64,000 nucleotides of DNA from Bacteroidota bacterium (GTDB taxonomy: Bacteria > Bacteroidota > Bacteroidia > Palsa-965): positions 759-64,758 of the forward strand of contig JAJTEY010000003.1 of NCBI GenBank assembly GCA_021299855.1, in the 5' to 3' direction. A program made the position numbers and the translations under genes. Under the pieces are notes generated by a model that had not been told where the DNA came from, made no database searches, and saw only the letters and a program-made list of their open reading frames with translations. Shown here piece by piece: positions 10,268 through 19,929 of this stretch; position 1 is the stretch's first letter, and the number at the start of each line of letters is the position of its first letter.

Positions 10268-10645
10268 ATGAAAAAAGTAATTACCACCACCGGAGCTCCT
10301 GCTCCCATCGGCCCATATTCTCATGCAGTGCTAACCGGGAATATGCTGTTCATTTCGGGACAAGTTGGAAAACATCCTGAAACCGGCGCCATTCACAACG
10401 AAAATATTGATGCAGAAACAACTCGTGTGATGGAAAATTTAAAAGCTATTCTGAATGAAGCCGGCATGGACTTTTCGAATGTTGTTAAAACAACCATTTT
10501 TTTAACTGATCTGAACAATTTCTCCAAAGTAAATGCGGTTTACGGATCTTATTTCACTGCTGATTTTCCGGCACGTGAAACCGTTCAGGTCTCCAGATTA
10601 CCACTGGATGTGAACGTGGAAATTTCCATGATTGCGGCGAAATAA
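10268..10645 (+). CDS. ridA: RidA/YjgF family reactive-intermediate deaminase
   Basis: 125 aa with the typical pattern APAPIGPYSHAV...GQ...TTIFLTDLNNF...R..VQV..LP. Confidence 0.9.
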   Translation: MKKVITTTGAPAPIGPYSHAVLTGNMLFISGQVGKHPETGAIHNENIDAETTRVMENLKAILNEAGMDFSNVVKTTIFLTDLNNFSKVNAVYGSYFTADFPARETVQVSRLPLDVNVEISMIAAK

Positions 10646-10648
10646 AAG

Positions 10649-12517
10649 ATGTGCGGAATTTCAGGTACGATGAGTTTGAAGGGCGTTTTAAACCTGCCCG
10701 AATCGCGCGTACCCGAAACTTTGCAAGCATTAAGACATCGGGGGCCTGATGGATCCGGACATTGGAAGAACAACACTATTGCACTTTTTCATTCCCGACT
10801 ATCCATCATCGATTTGGATCCTCGTTCCTTACAACCCATGTGGAACAAGGAACGTAGTGCTGTTATCGTATTTAACGGTGAAATATTCAATTACCGTGAA
10901 TTGCAACAACAGTATAATATTCAGTGTTCGACGCACAGCGATACTGAAATTTTGATGCACTTGCTCGATCGTTTCCCTGCAGAAGAAGTACTTCCTCAGC
11001 TTACGGGTTATTTCGCGTTGGCGTATTATCGGGTTAAGGAAAATGAACTGCTATTAGCCAGAGATCGTTTCGGAGAAAAACCGTTATATGTTTTTGAAGA
11101 CGATAACACGATTAGTTTTGCCTCAGAGCCGGAAGCATTGATTCGGATGGGAATGAAAGTAGCATTAAACCATGAAGTGTTGTATCATTTTCTACATTTC
11201 AATTATGTACCGGCGAACTTATCCTTGTTTAAAGGCGTGACACAATTAGCTCCGGGACAATTATTGCGGGTTAAGCATGACAATATCACTAAAAATGAAT
11301 GGTACACGCTACCTAAACCTTCAGCATCTATAACAAACCTTCATGGTGCCAAAAACGAATTGCACAGCTTAATGGAAAGTGCGGTTCGTTCTCGCATGGT
11401 TGCTGATGTACCTATCGGCGGTTTTTTAAGCGGAGGAATCGATTCATCTATTGTTTGTGCTTTGGCAGTTCGAGATAATACAAGCTTTCGAACGTTTTCC
11501 ATCGGATTCAGCGATGCCTCCTATTTTGACGAAAGCCGTTACGCAGAAGAAGTAGCGGAACATATTGGATCAGCGCATACCACATACAAAATTTCAAGTC
11601 GCGATATCTTAGATAGTATCGAACCATTACTAAAGCTTCAAAGTGAACCTTTCGCCGACTCTTCTGCATTAGCAGTTAATGTTTTGTGCAAATCGGCTCA
11701 GCATAAAATTAAAGTAGCGTTAACAGGTGATGGCGCAGATGAACTTTTCGGCGGTTACAACAAGCATACAGCAGAATTCAGATTAAGAAATAATACGTTG
11801 TGGAATGCTGCTGTTAATGCGGGCACGCCAATCCTCGGTATTATTCCCGCTTCGCGCGCATCAGCAACAGGAAATATCGCACGGAAGCTCCGGAAATACA
11901 AAGAAGGATTACAACTCAATCCAAACGATCGCTATTACCGTTGGACCGGTTTTACTAATAAATCAGATCTCGTTAAGTTGTTGCGTGCCGATTTTGTTAT
12001 CGATGAAGCAGCAATTGAATCAATTCGAATAAGTATTTCCGACAAAGTAGAAAGTTTCAACGATGTGTTGTACAACGACATCAGAACCGTATTACCGGGT
12101 GATATGCTGGTTAAAGGAGATCGCATGAGTATGCGGAACGGATTGGAAATTCGTTCACCCTTCCTCGACCATCGCATTGTAGAATACGCATTACGATGTC
12201 ATGAACAGCTGAAGAATAATGGCAAAAAAGGTAAACTCCTGTTGCGCGAAGCATTTAAAAACGAACTCCCCTCCTCTGCTTTCGAACGTCCTAAAAAAGG
12301 GTTTGAAGTACCGCTGCAACAATGGCTTCGAAACGATTTGCGCCACCTGACAGAGCGTTATTTAAATCAGGATTTTTTGGAAAATCAACGTATTTTTCAA
12401 AATACTGAAGTTCAGGCCTTGCTAAAACAACTACATTCCAACAATCCGGGTGATGCAGCTGCTCGCGTTTGGGGATTACTGACGTTTAACTGCTGGTACG
12501 CAAAATATCTGATGTAA
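10649..12517 (+). CDS. asnB: asparagine synthase (glutamine-hydrolysing) family amidotransferase
   Basis: N-terminal nucleophile MCGI and the PP-loop SGGIDSS. 622 aa. It sits at the head of the polysaccharide locus. Confidence 0.9.
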   Translation: MCGISGTMSLKGVLNLPESRVPETLQALRHRGPDGSGHWKNNTIALFHSRLSIIDLDPRSLQPMWNKERSAVIVFNGEIFNYRELQQQYNIQCSTHSDTEILMHLLDRFPAEEVLPQLTGYFALAYYRVKENELLLARDRFGEKPLYVFEDDNTISFASEPEALIRMGMKVALNHEVLYHFLHFNYVPANLSLFKGVTQLAPGQLLRVKHDNITKNEWYTLPKPSASITNLHGAKNELHSLMESAVRSRMVADVPIGGFLSGGIDSSIVCALAVRDNTSFRTFSIGFSDASYFDESRYAEEVAEHIGSAHTTYKISSRDILDSIEPLLKLQSEPFADSSALAVNVLCKSAQHKIKVALTGDGADELFGGYNKHTAEFRLRNNTLWNAAVNAGTPILGIIPASRASATGNIARKLRKYKEGLQLNPNDRYYRWTGFTNKSDLVKLLRADFVIDEAAIESIRISISDKVESFNDVLYNDIRTVLPGDMLVKGDRMSMRNGLEIRSPFLDHRIVEYALRCHEQLKNNGKKGKLLLREAFKNELPSSAFERPKKGFEVPLQQWLRNDLRHLTERYLNQDFLENQRIFQNTEVQALLKQLHSNNPGDAAARVWGLLTFNCWYAKYLM

Positions 12518-12518
12518 G

Positions 12519-13709
12519 ATGACTAAAGTATTGCGCATCATCAATCGGTTCAATTTGGGTGGACCAACACACCATGTGGCTTACCTCACCAAGTACATGG
12601 CTCCGGAATACGAAACAATTCTCGCGGGCGGTGAAAAAGATGCATCTGAAGCCAGCAGCGATTATATCGTAAAGCAACTTGATCTTCATCCGGTAGTTAT
12701 TGCAGAAATGCGCCGCTCTATTAATCCTTTCAACGATTATAAAGCGTACAAAAAAATCAAAGCTTTGATTAAAGAGCATCGGCCCGATATTGTACACACA
12801 CATGCTTCAAAGTCAGGTGCATTGGGACGTTTAGCAGCTTATCATTGTAAAGTTCCTGTAATTGTGCATACGTTTCATGGGCATGTATTTCATTCATATT
12901 TTAACCCACTTATTACCAGTATTTTTAAAATAATTGAACGTTACCTCGCCAATCGAAGTCATGCCATTATTGCAATAAGCGAGCTTCAAAAACAAGAACT
13001 GGTGAACGAACATCACATTTGCAGCGAAGAAAAGGTGCATGTGATTCCTCTTGGTTTCGATCTGGAACGCTTCTATACTAATATCGATCATAAACGAAGC
13101 GAGTTTCGTAAAGCATGGAATATTGAGGCAAATGAACTGGTAGTAATGATCATCGGGCGTTTGGTTCCGATAAAAAATCACGAGCTCTTTTTGCGTGGTG
13201 TGGCCCAAGTCAAGCAGAAATGTGGAGTCGCGTTTAGAGCTGTAATTCTAGGCGATGGTGAAACACGTGCGTCTTTGGAAAAAATTTGTGAAGAATTACA
13301 GCTCTCGTATTCCGGTTCCGGAGCTGTACAAACTGAAGTACTTTTCACGTCCTGGATTCGTGAAGCAGATGTTGCTCTTGCCGGTGCAGATATAGTTTGC
13401 TTAACTTCCTGGAACGAAGGAACTCCGGTAAGTTTAATTGAAGCACAGGCAGCAGGTAAACCAATTGTCACCACTGCAGTAGGCGGCGTTGAAAACGTTG
13501 TCATTCCCAATGAAACAGCGTTCTGTGTAACGCCGGGCGACACGCACCAATTTGCAGAACAGTTGGAAAAGCTTGTTGTTTCTGCAAATTTACGTGCGCA
13601 ATTGGCGACGAAGGGACGTGAACACGTCATGAAAAAGTTTCACTACATCCGTTTGGTGAACGACATGAAAAGCCTCTATGAGCGACTATTATCGCACCGG
13701 AAGCGCTAA
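12519..13709 (+). CDS. glycosyltransferase family 4 (GT-B fold)
   Basis: C-terminal E-x7-E-like region (SWNEGTPVSLIEAQAAGKPIVTTAVGG), typical of GT4 enzymes. Confidence 0.85.
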   Translation: MTKVLRIINRFNLGGPTHHVAYLTKYMAPEYETILAGGEKDASEASSDYIVKQLDLHPVVIAEMRRSINPFNDYKAYKKIKALIKEHRPDIVHTHASKSGALGRLAAYHCKVPVIVHTFHGHVFHSYFNPLITSIFKIIERYLANRSHAIIAISELQKQELVNEHHICSEEKVHVIPLGFDLERFYTNIDHKRSEFRKAWNIEANELVVMIIGRLVPIKNHELFLRGVAQVKQKCGVAFRAVILGDGETRASLEKICEELQLSYSGSGAVQTEVLFTSWIREADVALAGADIVCLTSWNEGTPVSLIEAQAAGKPIVTTAVGGVENVVIPNETAFCVTPGDTHQFAEQLEKLVVSANLRAQLATKGREHVMKKFHYIRLVNDMKSLYERLLSHRKR

Positions 13710-13715
13710 AAATGC

Positions 13716-13723
13716 TATATTTG
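13716..13723 (+). promoter_or_regulatory. putative -7 promoter box (TATATTTG) upstream of wza
   Basis: Exact TAnnTTTG match 31 nt upstream of the ATG at 13755. Confidence 0.4.
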
Positions 13724-13754
13724 GCAGTTATAGCAGACTACCTAACAGTCCTTT

Positions 13755-14552
13755 ATGAGAAACTTTTGGAAGAAATGGTGGAGCATATTGCCGGTTTTGG
13801 CTGTGCTTTTAACTATGAATTCATGCGGTGTATTGAATCAGAACATCATGTTACGTACACCGAAAGAATATCAATTTGATCCGTTACCCGCTGATAGTGC
13901 ATTGGCAAAAGAGTACAAACTATCTCCGAATGATGTCATCGAATTACGTCTTTTTGCGAACGATGGCTTCAAAATGATCGACATCATTTCATCAGGAGGA
14001 AGTAACAATACCGGAACTAACCTGATGTTGCGCAACGGTTTGGAATATACACTGGATCAAGCAGGAATCTGCAAATTACCGATCGTTGGTAACGTTGTTC
14101 TTTCCGGGATGACTTTGCGTGAAGCTGAAAAACATTTGGAAGATCGCTACTCGGAATTCTATGTTAAACCGTTCGTAATCCTTCAGGTTATTAACCGACG
14201 AGTAATTGTTTTCCCCGGAGAAGCAGGAACCGCAAGGGTTATAAATCTCGTAAATAACAATACAACGGTTATCGAAGCATTGGCTTTAGCTGGAGGGATT
14301 AGCGCTAACGGTAAGGCTCAGAATATTAAACTTATTCGTCAGACCAAGGACCCGAACAAACCTTACATCTACAAATTGGATCTTTCCAAAATTGACGGCA
14401 TAAAACAAGGTAACATGGTTGTTCAAACAAACGACATCATTTATGTGGAGCCTCGTAAACGCTATGCATCGCAGACATTAAGAGAAGTAACCCCCGTATT
14501 GTCCTTGCTGACCAGCATGATCACCTTCTACTTCCTCGTGCAGCGCTTCTAG
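13755..14552 (+). CDS. wza: polysaccharide export outer-membrane lipoprotein (Wza/Poly_export family)
   Basis: Lipobox LTMNSC and Poly_export/SLBB-like sequence (PNDVIELRLF..., NDIIYVEPR). Located immediately upstream of wzc. Confidence 0.85.
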   Translation: MRNFWKKWWSILPVLAVLLTMNSCGVLNQNIMLRTPKEYQFDPLPADSALAKEYKLSPNDVIELRLFANDGFKMIDIISSGGSNNTGTNLMLRNGLEYTLDQAGICKLPIVGNVVLSGMTLREAEKHLEDRYSEFYVKPFVILQVINRRVIVFPGEAGTARVINLVNNNTTVIEALALAGGISANGKAQNIKLIRQTKDPNKPYIYKLDLSKIDGIKQGNMVVQTNDIIYVEPRKRYASQTLREVTPVLSLLTSMITFYFLVQRF

Positions 14553-14556
14553 AACT

Positions 14557-17007
14557 ATGTTGCAAGCCCAACTAACAGACACAAACGAAAACCTCGAACG
14601 GTACAAACAACGTCTGACTAATTATAGCGGTGAGTTTGAATTGGGGTTGTTTCTCTTTGTCGCTAAGCGATCTTTGATTTGGGTGTTTCTTTTTTTGGCG
14701 ATAGCCTTGGGCGGAATTTGGTTGTACCTACGATATGCACAAACCATTTACGAATCGAGCGCTGTAATTCAAATCAACACTGAAAATAATGCCCGCATGC
14801 TCAATGTTGACATGATGGGCATGGACGATCAAAACAATCTTGCTGCTGCAATCGAAATGATTCGTTCACAGGAGTTCATGAAACGCGTTCTGACGAAGCT
14901 GCCGTTACAAGTAAGTTATTACGCGGAAGGGACGATTAAAACCAACGAGCACTATAAGTCATCTCCATATACGGTGAACTTTACTATTAAAGACGCTGCT
15001 ATTCATAACGTTCCCATTACCATTGAGTTTAACGCGCAACGTAACGGTGGACGTGTTGAATACATGATGGGCGGCGCTTTAAGTGAATCTAACTTTAAAT
15101 TTAACAAGTGGGTTGAATTGCCGCATGCATCAATCCTGATTAGCGGAGATATTGCCCGATTAAATCAAATGCTCGATGCTGATGGCGGAAATAACACCTA
15201 CTATTTCACATTGAATAATCAGGAAGACGTCGTAACCCGCTACACGCCTTTAATGAGTGTAGTATTGTTAAATGATGCGGCCAAAACCTTAAAGCTTTCA
15301 TTTACGGATCAGAATCCATTGAAGGCATATGATATTGCTAGTATTGCGGCTCAGGAATTTATTGAGTACGACATCGAAAAGCGAAGTGAAAGTTCGAAGA
15401 AGTCTCTGGCGTTTATCAATGATCAACTGGCTTCCGTAACAAATCAGTTGCACATTTCAGAGGATTCTATGAATCGTTTTAAAGAACAGCATAACATCAT
15501 GGATAATGATCAGTTGAACCTTTTCAATTTGAATCGCTTTGGTTCTATTGAAGATCAGCTGACCTTAGTTGAATTAGAAACAACCGTTCTGTCTGAAATT
15601 AAAAATCGTCTTGCCGATAAGAACGTAGATGTAAAATCGATTTTATCCCTTATATCCGGAACTCAGAGTGCATCCAGCCTCACAATTCCGTTAAACAATT
15701 TATACGGTTTGATATCAGAACGTGATGTCGCTTTATATTCCGTGACACCCAATAGTGAAGTTATTCGCGCATTGAATTTCCAGATTGATACACAGAAAAG
15801 CATCATTATCGCCAGTGTAAATTCTTTACTGGATCAATCGTTGATTCGTAAAAAGGCACTTCAGGATAAGTTGACAGAATATGGCGGAAAAATTCCTGCC
15901 GAAGATCAAAAGCTGGTAGAATTTCAGGGATTGAAGCGTCTGTATGCAGTAAATGAAAAGTTTTATAACATACTGTTAGAGCGCAAAACAGAGTTAGCTA
16001 TCGCAGAAGCCGGCTTCACTGCAAAGCATCTGATTTTAGAAAAAGCGCATGTACCTCAAACACCTATTAGTCCAAATAAGAAAATAACTATATTCACTGC
16101 GCTATCCATTGCATTCCTCCTCAGTTTAATCGTCATCATTGTTCGTTACCTTTTGCACGATACGATTAATTCATTGAATGAAATCATGAAGCAGACACAA
16201 GCTTCTATCAGCGCTCTTGGTATTATTCCTAAATACAAAAACATTGTTCCGGTATCACAATTGTTGATCGATAAGAATCCAAAATCATTGATAGCTGAAG
16301 CATTTCGATCATTACGAACTAATCTGCAATTTATTTCCAGCACTTCGGGATCTAAAGTGATGGCCATTACATCCACCATTTCCGGAGAGGGAAAAACATT
16401 CGTTGCTATTAACCTGGCAGGAATAATCGCCTACTCGGGAAAAAAGGTAATTATCCTCGATCTGGACATGCGTAAACCTAAAATCCACTTAGGTTTCAAT
16501 GTAACCAACGATAAAGGCATGAGTACATTGCTCATTGGCAAAGAACAAATTTCAGATTGCATCAAAAAATCGAATCTCGAAAACCTTCATTTCATTACTG
16601 CCGGTCCGATTCCACCTAATCCTTCGGAATTAATCATTTCCGATCGTATGAAGCAGATTATCGAAGAGTTGAAACATACGTATGATATGATCATTATAGA
16701 TAATCCGCCGGTAGGGTTAGTTACGGACGGTATCGCCATGCTAAAATGTGCGGATTATCCGGTCTATGTATTCCGTACGGATTATTCGAAACGCAACTTC
16801 ATCCAGATTGTGGATCGCTTGTACAATGAGAATGACATTAAGAAACTTTCTATTGTGCTTAACGGCATCGACGCAGACCGACGCGGATACGGCTATAACT
16901 ACGGTTACGGATATGGTTATGGTTACGGACAGGGATATTACGATGATGATAAAGAATCGAACCTTAACACAGGTTGGAGAAAATTTATTTCAAGAAAGAA
17001 ACGATGA
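14557..17007 (+). CDS. wzc: polysaccharide co-polymerase / tyrosine autokinase (Wzc/Ptk family)
   Basis: Two TM segments flank a long periplasmic coiled region. Walker A SGEGKTF, Walker B-like IIIDNPP, and a C-terminal Tyr cluster RRGYGYNYGYGYGYGYGQGYY. Confidence 0.85.
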   Translation: MLQAQLTDTNENLERYKQRLTNYSGEFELGLFLFVAKRSLIWVFLFLAIALGGIWLYLRYAQTIYESSAVIQINTENNARMLNVDMMGMDDQNNLAAAIEMIRSQEFMKRVLTKLPLQVSYYAEGTIKTNEHYKSSPYTVNFTIKDAAIHNVPITIEFNAQRNGGRVEYMMGGALSESNFKFNKWVELPHASILISGDIARLNQMLDADGGNNTYYFTLNNQEDVVTRYTPLMSVVLLNDAAKTLKLSFTDQNPLKAYDIASIAAQEFIEYDIEKRSESSKKSLAFINDQLASVTNQLHISEDSMNRFKEQHNIMDNDQLNLFNLNRFGSIEDQLTLVELETTVLSEIKNRLADKNVDVKSILSLISGTQSASSLTIPLNNLYGLISERDVALYSVTPNSEVIRALNFQIDTQKSIIIASVNSLLDQSLIRKKALQDKLTEYGGKIPAEDQKLVEFQGLKRLYAVNEKFYNILLERKTELAIAEAGFTAKHLILEKAHVPQTPISPNKKITIFTALSIAFLLSLIVIIVRYLLHDTINSLNEIMKQTQASISALGIIPKYKNIVPVSQLLIDKNPKSLIAEAFRSLRTNLQFISSTSGSKVMAITSTISGEGKTFVAINLAGIIAYSGKKVIILDLDMRKPKIHLGFNVTNDKGMSTLLIGKEQISDCIKKSNLENLHFITAGPIPPNPSELIISDRMKQIIEELKHTYDMIIIDNPPVGLVTDGIAMLKCADYPVYVFRTDYSKRNFIQIVDRLYNENDIKKLSIVLNGIDADRRGYGYNYGYGYGYGYGQGYYDDDKESNLNTGWRKFISRKKR

Positions 17008-17546
17008 AAGTAATTGAAACCGGTATTGAAGGTTTGATGATCATCGAACCTAGAGTATTTGCCGACGCTCGAGGATATTTTTACGAAACGTATAATAAAA
17101 CTGCATTTGTTACTGCAGGAATTACCGAAGAGTTTGTGCAGGATAATCAATCCTTGTCGCAAAAAGGCGTTTTACGCGGGCTGCACTTTCAAGCTCCGCC
17201 TTTTGCTCAGGGCAAATTGGTTCGTGTTATCCATGGTGCTGTTCTTGATGTAGCGGTTGATATTCGAAAAAACTCTCCAACATACGGTCAACATCGAACT
17301 GTAGTGCTTAGCGGTGAGAACAAAACCCAATTTTACATTCCACCGGGATTTGCGCATGGATTTTTAACATTGGAGGATCATACGATATTCGCATACAAGT
17401 GCACTGGATTTTACAACAAAGGTTCGGAAGGCTGTTTATTGTGGAATGATCCCAACCTGAACATCAATTGGAATTTCGAACTTCCACAGTTGTCTGAAAA
17501 AGACCTCGCAGGAGAAGCATTCATTAATTTTAATTCACCTTTCTAA
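17004..17546 (+). CDS. rfbC: dTDP-4-dehydrorhamnose 3,5-epimerase
   Basis: Matches the RmlC cupin family (FADARGYFYETY...RGLHFQ...KLVRV..G...DVAVDIR). The ATG overlaps the wzc stop (ATGA). Confidence 0.92.
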   Translation: MKVIETGIEGLMIIEPRVFADARGYFYETYNKTAFVTAGITEEFVQDNQSLSQKGVLRGLHFQAPPFAQGKLVRVIHGAVLDVAVDIRKNSPTYGQHRTVVLSGENKTQFYIPPGFAHGFLTLEDHTIFAYKCTGFYNKGSEGCLLWNDPNLNINWNFELPQLSEKDLAGEAFINFNSPF

Positions 17547-17644
17547 TCTGTGGTATTAACCATTTGCGGTTCTGAATTATTCGGTGCAATTTTAATACCG
17601 GCAAGCACAGCGGATAATTGCGATCCGTGCAGACGAAATAACAC

Positions 17645-18733
17645 ATGACAAGTAATCACATCCTCATTTATGCAGGATTTTTTATCGTCACTTTATTAAT
17701 ATCGTTCTTACTGAATGGTCTGTTGCTTCGCTTTGCTCAATCCTTAGGTATTCGAAATGCATCCGAAGTAATGCGCTGGAGTGCACAACAAAAGCCGGCG
17801 TTGGGCGGCATCGCGTTTTTTCTGGTGTTTCTTCTTTCAATAGCATGTTACTCAATTTTCTTTCCATATCGGTTCATGCCATTGGACAAACAGTTACTCG
17901 GAATGATTGCAGCTGTGACACTTGCTTTTCTGATGGGGCTTGCGGATGATTCGTATAACACTCGACCAATATTAAAATTTGCTGTTCAAGTCCTATGCGG
18001 AATAGTTTTGATCTTGACAGACTTACATATCAAATTTTTCAGTGTCCAGGAATTAAATTATGCTTTTACTATGCTGTGGGTTGTGGGAATGATGAACTCG
18101 ATCAACATGCTGGACAATATGGATGCCATTGCATCAACGGTTTCAATTTTTGTATTAATGACCAGTTTGATGATTATCGTTATTCACCAAGATTATTTCA
18201 ATCAGGATGTTTTAGTCATTCTGGGCATTACAGGTGCATTGGTCGGATTTTTATTCTACAACTTGCATCCGTCCAAAATTTATATGGGCGACACCGGCAG
18301 TCAGTTTTTGGGAATTGTATTGGCCATTTTAGGCATCAAATACATGTGGAACAGCAGTGACATACACGGACAGTTTATTTCATCCAAGCAGTTCATTATT
18401 GTGGCGTTGGCATTCATCTTGCCGTTAACGGATACCACTACAGTGGTGATAAACCGACTATTAAAAAGAAAGTCTCCATTCATAGGTGGGCGCGATCATA
18501 CCACGCATCATTTATCGTATCTTGGTTTGTCTGATAGTCAGGTCGCGTTGGCATTTTGCGGCATATCAGTGGTTTCCATGTTACTAGTTCTCGTTATTCA
18601 AACCGGAAATCAGAATTGGGGATGGAAACATATTATTATTTTCGCGCTCTACTTTCTCATGGTTTTTGGAACTTTGTATGCAGTAACGCGGTTAACGCGT
18701 CCTCCGAAAAACGATGAAAAAAGCAATAACTAA
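17645..18733 (+). CDS. polyprenyl-phosphate sugar-1-phosphate transferase (MraY/WecA family, initiating glycosyltransferase)
   Basis: Polytopic membrane protein with the motifs NMLDNMD and MGDTGSQFLG. Confidence 0.85.
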   Translation: MTSNHILIYAGFFIVTLLISFLLNGLLLRFAQSLGIRNASEVMRWSAQQKPALGGIAFFLVFLLSIACYSIFFPYRFMPLDKQLLGMIAAVTLAFLMGLADDSYNTRPILKFAVQVLCGIVLILTDLHIKFFSVQELNYAFTMLWVVGMMNSINMLDNMDAIASTVSIFVLMTSLMIIVIHQDYFNQDVLVILGITGALVGFLFYNLHPSKIYMGDTGSQFLGIVLAILGIKYMWNSSDIHGQFISSKQFIIVALAFILPLTDTTTVVINRLLKRKSPFIGGRDHTTHHLSYLGLSDSQVALAFCGISVVSMLLVLVIQTGNQNWGWKHIIIFALYFLMVFGTLYAVTRLTRPPKNDEKSNN

Positions 18734-19925
18734 AACTTCCGCCTTCATTAAACGCTGGTACAAGCACTTGTTGGCTTTGCCTTCATTAATGCTGATGGTA
18801 TTGCTGATTAAGTTGTTCAACTATTCCGCTAAAGATCCGCTATCTGACGAAGATTATCGCGACTATTTCGTTGCGAACTATAAAGTGTTTTCAATTACCG
18901 TTCCCAAAGATTTAAACTTTTGCGGCGAACAAGTTCCTCTCGAAGATTTCACGGTGTATGAAGCGGCAGAGAAAGAATTATTAATCAACACGTATTGGCA
19001 GTCTCAGTCGATGGTGATTCACAAACGTGCTGCACGATGGTTGCCCGTTATTGAACCTATTATCAAAAAACACAATCTTCCCGATGATTTGAAATACATT
19101 GCTATCGCAGAAAGTGGTTTGCAGCAAGTAGTTTCACCGAAAGCAGCTTCTGGTTTCTGGCAATTTCTGGATTACACGGGTAAACATTACGGACTCGAAA
19201 TTTCGGAAGATGTTGATGAGCGTTATCATGTGGAGAAAGCTACAGAAGCAGCTTGTCGTTACTTTAAGGAAGCTTACACACATTATGGAAACTGGACGTT
19301 GGTAGCCGCATCGTACAATTTGGGTATGGGTGCGTTAGACAAACAATTGGAGAAACAGAAAACAAATTCCTACTACAAGTTATATTTAAATGATGAAACC
19401 GCACGTTACATATTCCGTGTGCTCGCTTTTAAGGAAATTATTTCCCGTCCGAAAATGTACGGTTATGCTATTCGTAAAAAAGATCTTTACGCCCCTATTC
19501 CGGTACGTTACGTTGAAGTAGACAGCATAGTAACCGATTTAGTGAACTTCGCTATACAACAAGGGTCTTCCTACAAAGTATTGAAATATCTTAATCCCTG
19601 GCTGTTACGTTCTTCACTGAGTAATCCGGGCAAAAAAGTTTACCGTATTGCTTTTCCGTTAAATGGCACAACTATTCTCGGACTAGAGGATGAACCTGTT
19701 GTTGTAGCAACGTCAAAACCTGATACTGCGAAATATTTAACCAAAGCGGATGTACTGCGTGATTCATCTCGAACAAACTTACATCTGGTGCACAGTGGTG
19801 AAACATGGGCTTCCATTGCAGAAAAATATCATGTAAGCGAAACGGAACTGTTAAAGGCCAACAACAAAAAGGCAAGTGAAGTGTTGAATCCCGGAGACAA
19901 GGTGTTGTTGCCGACCAATAAGTAA
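18714..19925 (+). CDS. lytic transglycosylase (SLT domain) with a C-terminal LysM domain (MltD-like)
   Basis: SLT catalytic region AIAESGLQQVVSPKAASGFWQF and C-terminal LysM HLVHSGETWASIAEKYHVS...LNPGDKVLLP. An N-terminal signal/TM segment is present. Confidence 0.85.
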   Translation: MKKAITKTSAFIKRWYKHLLALPSLMLMVLLIKLFNYSAKDPLSDEDYRDYFVANYKVFSITVPKDLNFCGEQVPLEDFTVYEAAEKELLINTYWQSQSMVIHKRAARWLPVIEPIIKKHNLPDDLKYIAIAESGLQQVVSPKAASGFWQFLDYTGKHYGLEISEDVDERYHVEKATEAACRYFKEAYTHYGNWTLVAASYNLGMGALDKQLEKQKTNSYYKLYLNDETARYIFRVLAFKEIISRPKMYGYAIRKKDLYAPIPVRYVEVDSIVTDLVNFAIQQGSSYKVLKYLNPWLLRSSLSNPGKKVYRIAFPLNGTTILGLEDEPVVVATSKPDTAKYLTKADVLRDSSRTNLHLVHSGETWASIAEKYHVSETELLKANNKKASEVLNPGDKVLLPTNK

Positions 19926-19929
19926 CATA

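Noticed and set aside
16748-17017. 89-aa alternative-frame ORF across the Wzc Tyr-cluster region.
   Set aside because: It is contained within wzc, which has a continuous, motif-supported frame ending in the typical Tyr-rich tail.
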